NCBI GenBank assembly: GCA_965216755.1
Contig: CBDCGL010000011.1
Span: 3,136,001-3,200,000 of the forward strand
Source: Alphaproteobacteria bacterium
GTDB taxonomy: Bacteria; Pseudomonadota; Alphaproteobacteria; UBA7887
Direction: 5' to 3'
DNA length: 64,000 nt
Shown: piece after piece, positions 61,806-64,000 of the stretch
Layout of the letters: each line of letters opens with the position of its first letter
Position numbering within the stretch: the first letter of the stretch is position 1
The notes under the pieces: generated by a model
Database searches by the model: none
What the model was told of the DNA's origin: nothing
The model's input: only the letters and a program-made list of their open reading frames with translations
Translations under genes and position numbers: made by a program

Positions 61806-64000
61806 ATGACCGAGCCCGCCATCGACACCGCGCCCGTCGTTTCCGACCAGATCAAGACAACCACCTGCTACATGTGCGCGTGCCGGTGCGGCATCAAAGT
61901 GCATCTACGCGACGGCGCGATCCGGTTCATCGAAGGCAATCCGGATCACCCGGTCAATCGCGGCGTTTTGTGCGCCAAAGGTTCGGCGGGGATCATGACC
62001 CAGCAATCGCCGGCCCGTTTGCGTAAACCGCTGTTGCGCGTCGGCCCGCGCGGCACCAACCAGTTTCACGAAATTGAATGGGATGAGGCCCTGGCGCTCG
62101 CCGCCGAATGGCTGAGCGACATCCGCAACAGCGACCCGCGCAAGCTGGCTTTTTTCACCGGTCGTGATCAGAGCCAGTCATTGACCGGTTGGTGGGCCAG
62201 CCAGTTCGGCACGCCAAACCACGCCGCCCACGGCGGTTTCTGCTCGGTCAACATGGCGGCGGCCGGCCTTTACACGATCGGTGGTTCGTTCTGGGAATTC
62301 GGTGAGGTCGACTGGGAGCACACCCGCTACTTGATGATGTTCGGCGTTGCCGAGGACCACGATTCGAATCCGATCAAGATTGGCCTCAGCAAGCTCAAGC
62401 AACGCGGTGCCAAGATCGTTGCGATCAACCCGGTGCGGACAGGCTATTCGGCTGTAGCCGACGAATGGATCGGCATCCGGCCGGGTACCGACGGTCTGTT
62501 GATCGGCGCCTTGATTCGTGAACTGCTTTTGGCGGACAAGGTTGACTTTGCCTATTTGGCGCGGCTGACCAACGCCCCTTGGCTGGTTATCCAAGATTCG
62601 GGTGCCGCCGATGACGGCCTGATCGCCCGAGATCAAGACGGCAATCCATTGTGTTACGACGGCCGGCGCCGGCAAATCGCGAACGCGTTGGCGACCGGCG
62701 TCACCCCCGCCTTGGTCGGCGACGTCACGCTGCCGGACGGACGCCGCGCTCGGCCGGCGTTCGCCCTGATGGCTGAACGCTTTTTGGACGACCGCTACGA
62801 CCCCGAAACCGTCGGTGCGCAAACGGGTATAGCACCGGCAACCATTCGCCGTTTGGCGGCCGAGCTGGCGCATACCGCCTTTGCCCAGCCGGTCACGCTG
62901 AATGTGGCGTGGACCGACTGGGCCGGCCGCCGACACGACAAGATGGTTGGTCGGCCGGTGTCCTTTCACGCCATGCGCGGTATCTCCGCGCACAGCAACG
63001 GCTTTCACACCTGTCGCGCCCTGCACCTGCTGCAAATCCTGCTCGGCGCCATCGATTGCCCCGGCGGTATGCGCTATAAGCCGCCCTTTCCGCGCGCCAT
63101 TCCACCCGCACAAAAACCGGCCGGCAAGTCCAGTGCCGCCGCGACACCACTTGGCGGCCCGCCGCTCGGCTTCCCGACCAGCCCTGAGGACTTGTTGGTC
63201 GAAGATGACGGCGCGCCGTTGCGCATCGACAAGGCCTACAGCTGGGATGCGCCGCTCGCTGCCCACGGCATGATGCACATGGTGATCGCCAACGCGGTCG
63301 CCGCCGATCCTTATCCGATCGATACGCTGTTTATGTACATGGCCAATATGAGCTGGAACTCGACCATGAATACGGCCGAGACCATGGCCATGCTGGCGGC
63401 CAAGGACCCGGACACCGACAGTTATCGCATACCGCATGTTATCTACGCCGACGCGTTCGCTTCGGAAATGGTCGCCTGGGCGGATCTGGTTTTGCCGGAC
63501 ACGACCTATTTGGAGCGCTGGGACGCGATCTCACTGCTCGATCGCCCGATCTCCGACGCCGACGGGCCAGCGGATTCGATTCGCCAACCTGTGGTGACGC
63601 CAGATCGCGACGTGCGACCGTTCCAAGACGTGCTGTTGGACTTGGGCGCGCGCCTGGGTCTGCCCGGCATGGTCAACGACGACGGCACGACGGCATATCC
63701 GGGCGGCTACGCTGACTATTTGGTCAATCACGAACGGGCGCCAGGCCTCGGCCCGCTGGCGGGCTGGCGCGGAACAAACGGCGCATCCCATGGCACCGGC
63801 GCGCCAAACCCCGAACAGCTGCAGCGCTATATCGACAACGGTTGTTTCTGGCATCACAGGTTGGCGCCAGAGCAAAGCTATTTCAAGAACGTCAATAAGG
63901 CCTATCTGGAATGGGCGACGGCAATGAAATTCATCGCCGCGCCGACACCGATATTGCTGCAAATCTATAGCGAGCCCATGCAACAGTTTCGGTTGGCCGC
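61806..64000 (+). CDS. soeA: Molybdopterin oxidoreductase, SoeA-type (sulfite:quinone oxidoreductase catalytic subunit), 3'-truncated by the window
   Basis: Translated by hand: TTCYMCACRCGIKVHL...LCAKGSAG, FTGRDQSQ, HGGFCSVNMAA; no Tat signal; absent from the ORF track because it runs off the end. Confidence 0.85.
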   Translation, partial: MTEPAIDTAPVVSDQIKTTTCYMCACRCGIKVHLRDGAIRFIEGNPDHPVNRGVLCAKGSAGIMTQQSPARLRKPLLRVGPRGTNQFHEIEWDEALALAAEWLSDIRNSDPRKLAFFTGRDQSQSLTGWWASQFGTPNHAAHGGFCSVNMAAAGLYTIGGSFWEFGEVDWEHTRYLMMFGVAEDHDSNPIKIGLSKLKQRGAKIVAINPVRTGYSAVADEWIGIRPGTDGLLIGALIRELLLADKVDFAYLARLTNAPWLVIQDSGAADDGLIARDQDGNPLCYDGRRRQIANALATGVTPALVGDVTLPDGRRARPAFALMAERFLDDRYDPETVGAQTGIAPATIRRLAAELAHTAFAQPVTLNVAWTDWAGRRHDKMVGRPVSFHAMRGISAHSNGFHTCRALHLLQILLGAIDCPGGMRYKPPFPRAIPPAQKPAGKSSAAATPLGGPPLGFPTSPEDLLVEDDGAPLRIDKAYSWDAPLAAHGMMHMVIANAVAADPYPIDTLFMYMANMSWNSTMNTAETMAMLAAKDPDTDSYRIPHVIYADAFASEMVAWADLVLPDTTYLERWDAISLLDRPISDADGPADSIRQPVVTPDRDVRPFQDVLLDLGARLGLPGMVNDDGTTAYPGGYADYLVNHERAPGLGPLAGWRGTNGASHGTGAPNPEQLQRYIDNGCFWHHRLAPEQSYFKNVNKAYLEWATAMKFIAAPTPILLQIYSEPMQQFRLA

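Noticed and set aside
62178-63437. 419-aa minus-strand ORF
   Set aside because: Shadow of the plus-strand SoeA-type gene

Overview
GC-rich alphaproteobacterial (Rhodospirillales-like) core-genome segment with about 63 CDSs, mostly on the minus strand. It holds the replication cluster (rpsT-dnaA-dnaN-recF-gyrB), ubiE-ubiB-coaBC-dut-moeB-dsrE, an Irr / rubrerythrin / Fe-S oxidoreductase / DUF3501 locus with a perfect ICE box, and the long conserved run trpS...nifU-tsaB-rimI-fur-olsB-olsA-miaB-phoH-ybeY-corC-lnt-praR-metK-trmB-rimP-nusA-infB-rbfA-truB-rpsO-pnp. A SoeA-type molybdoenzyme runs off the right edge. I found no tRNA, rRNA, CRISPR array, transposase or prophage. The most unusual signal is a 197-bp non-coding MITE-like element with 20-bp CTAG-bounded inverted repeats. 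It sits at the metK stop codon and appears to have separated trmB from its ancestral start codon; a solo copy of the same terminal repeat lies 8 kb away. Other notable items are several in-frame tandem micro-duplications (30 bp in the Fe-S oxidoreductase, 42 bp in tsaB, 15 bp in corC and phoH), a FabX-like Fe-S flavoprotein, a motif-degenerate CobD and several structured leaders. All calls come from reading the sequence; no database searches were run.
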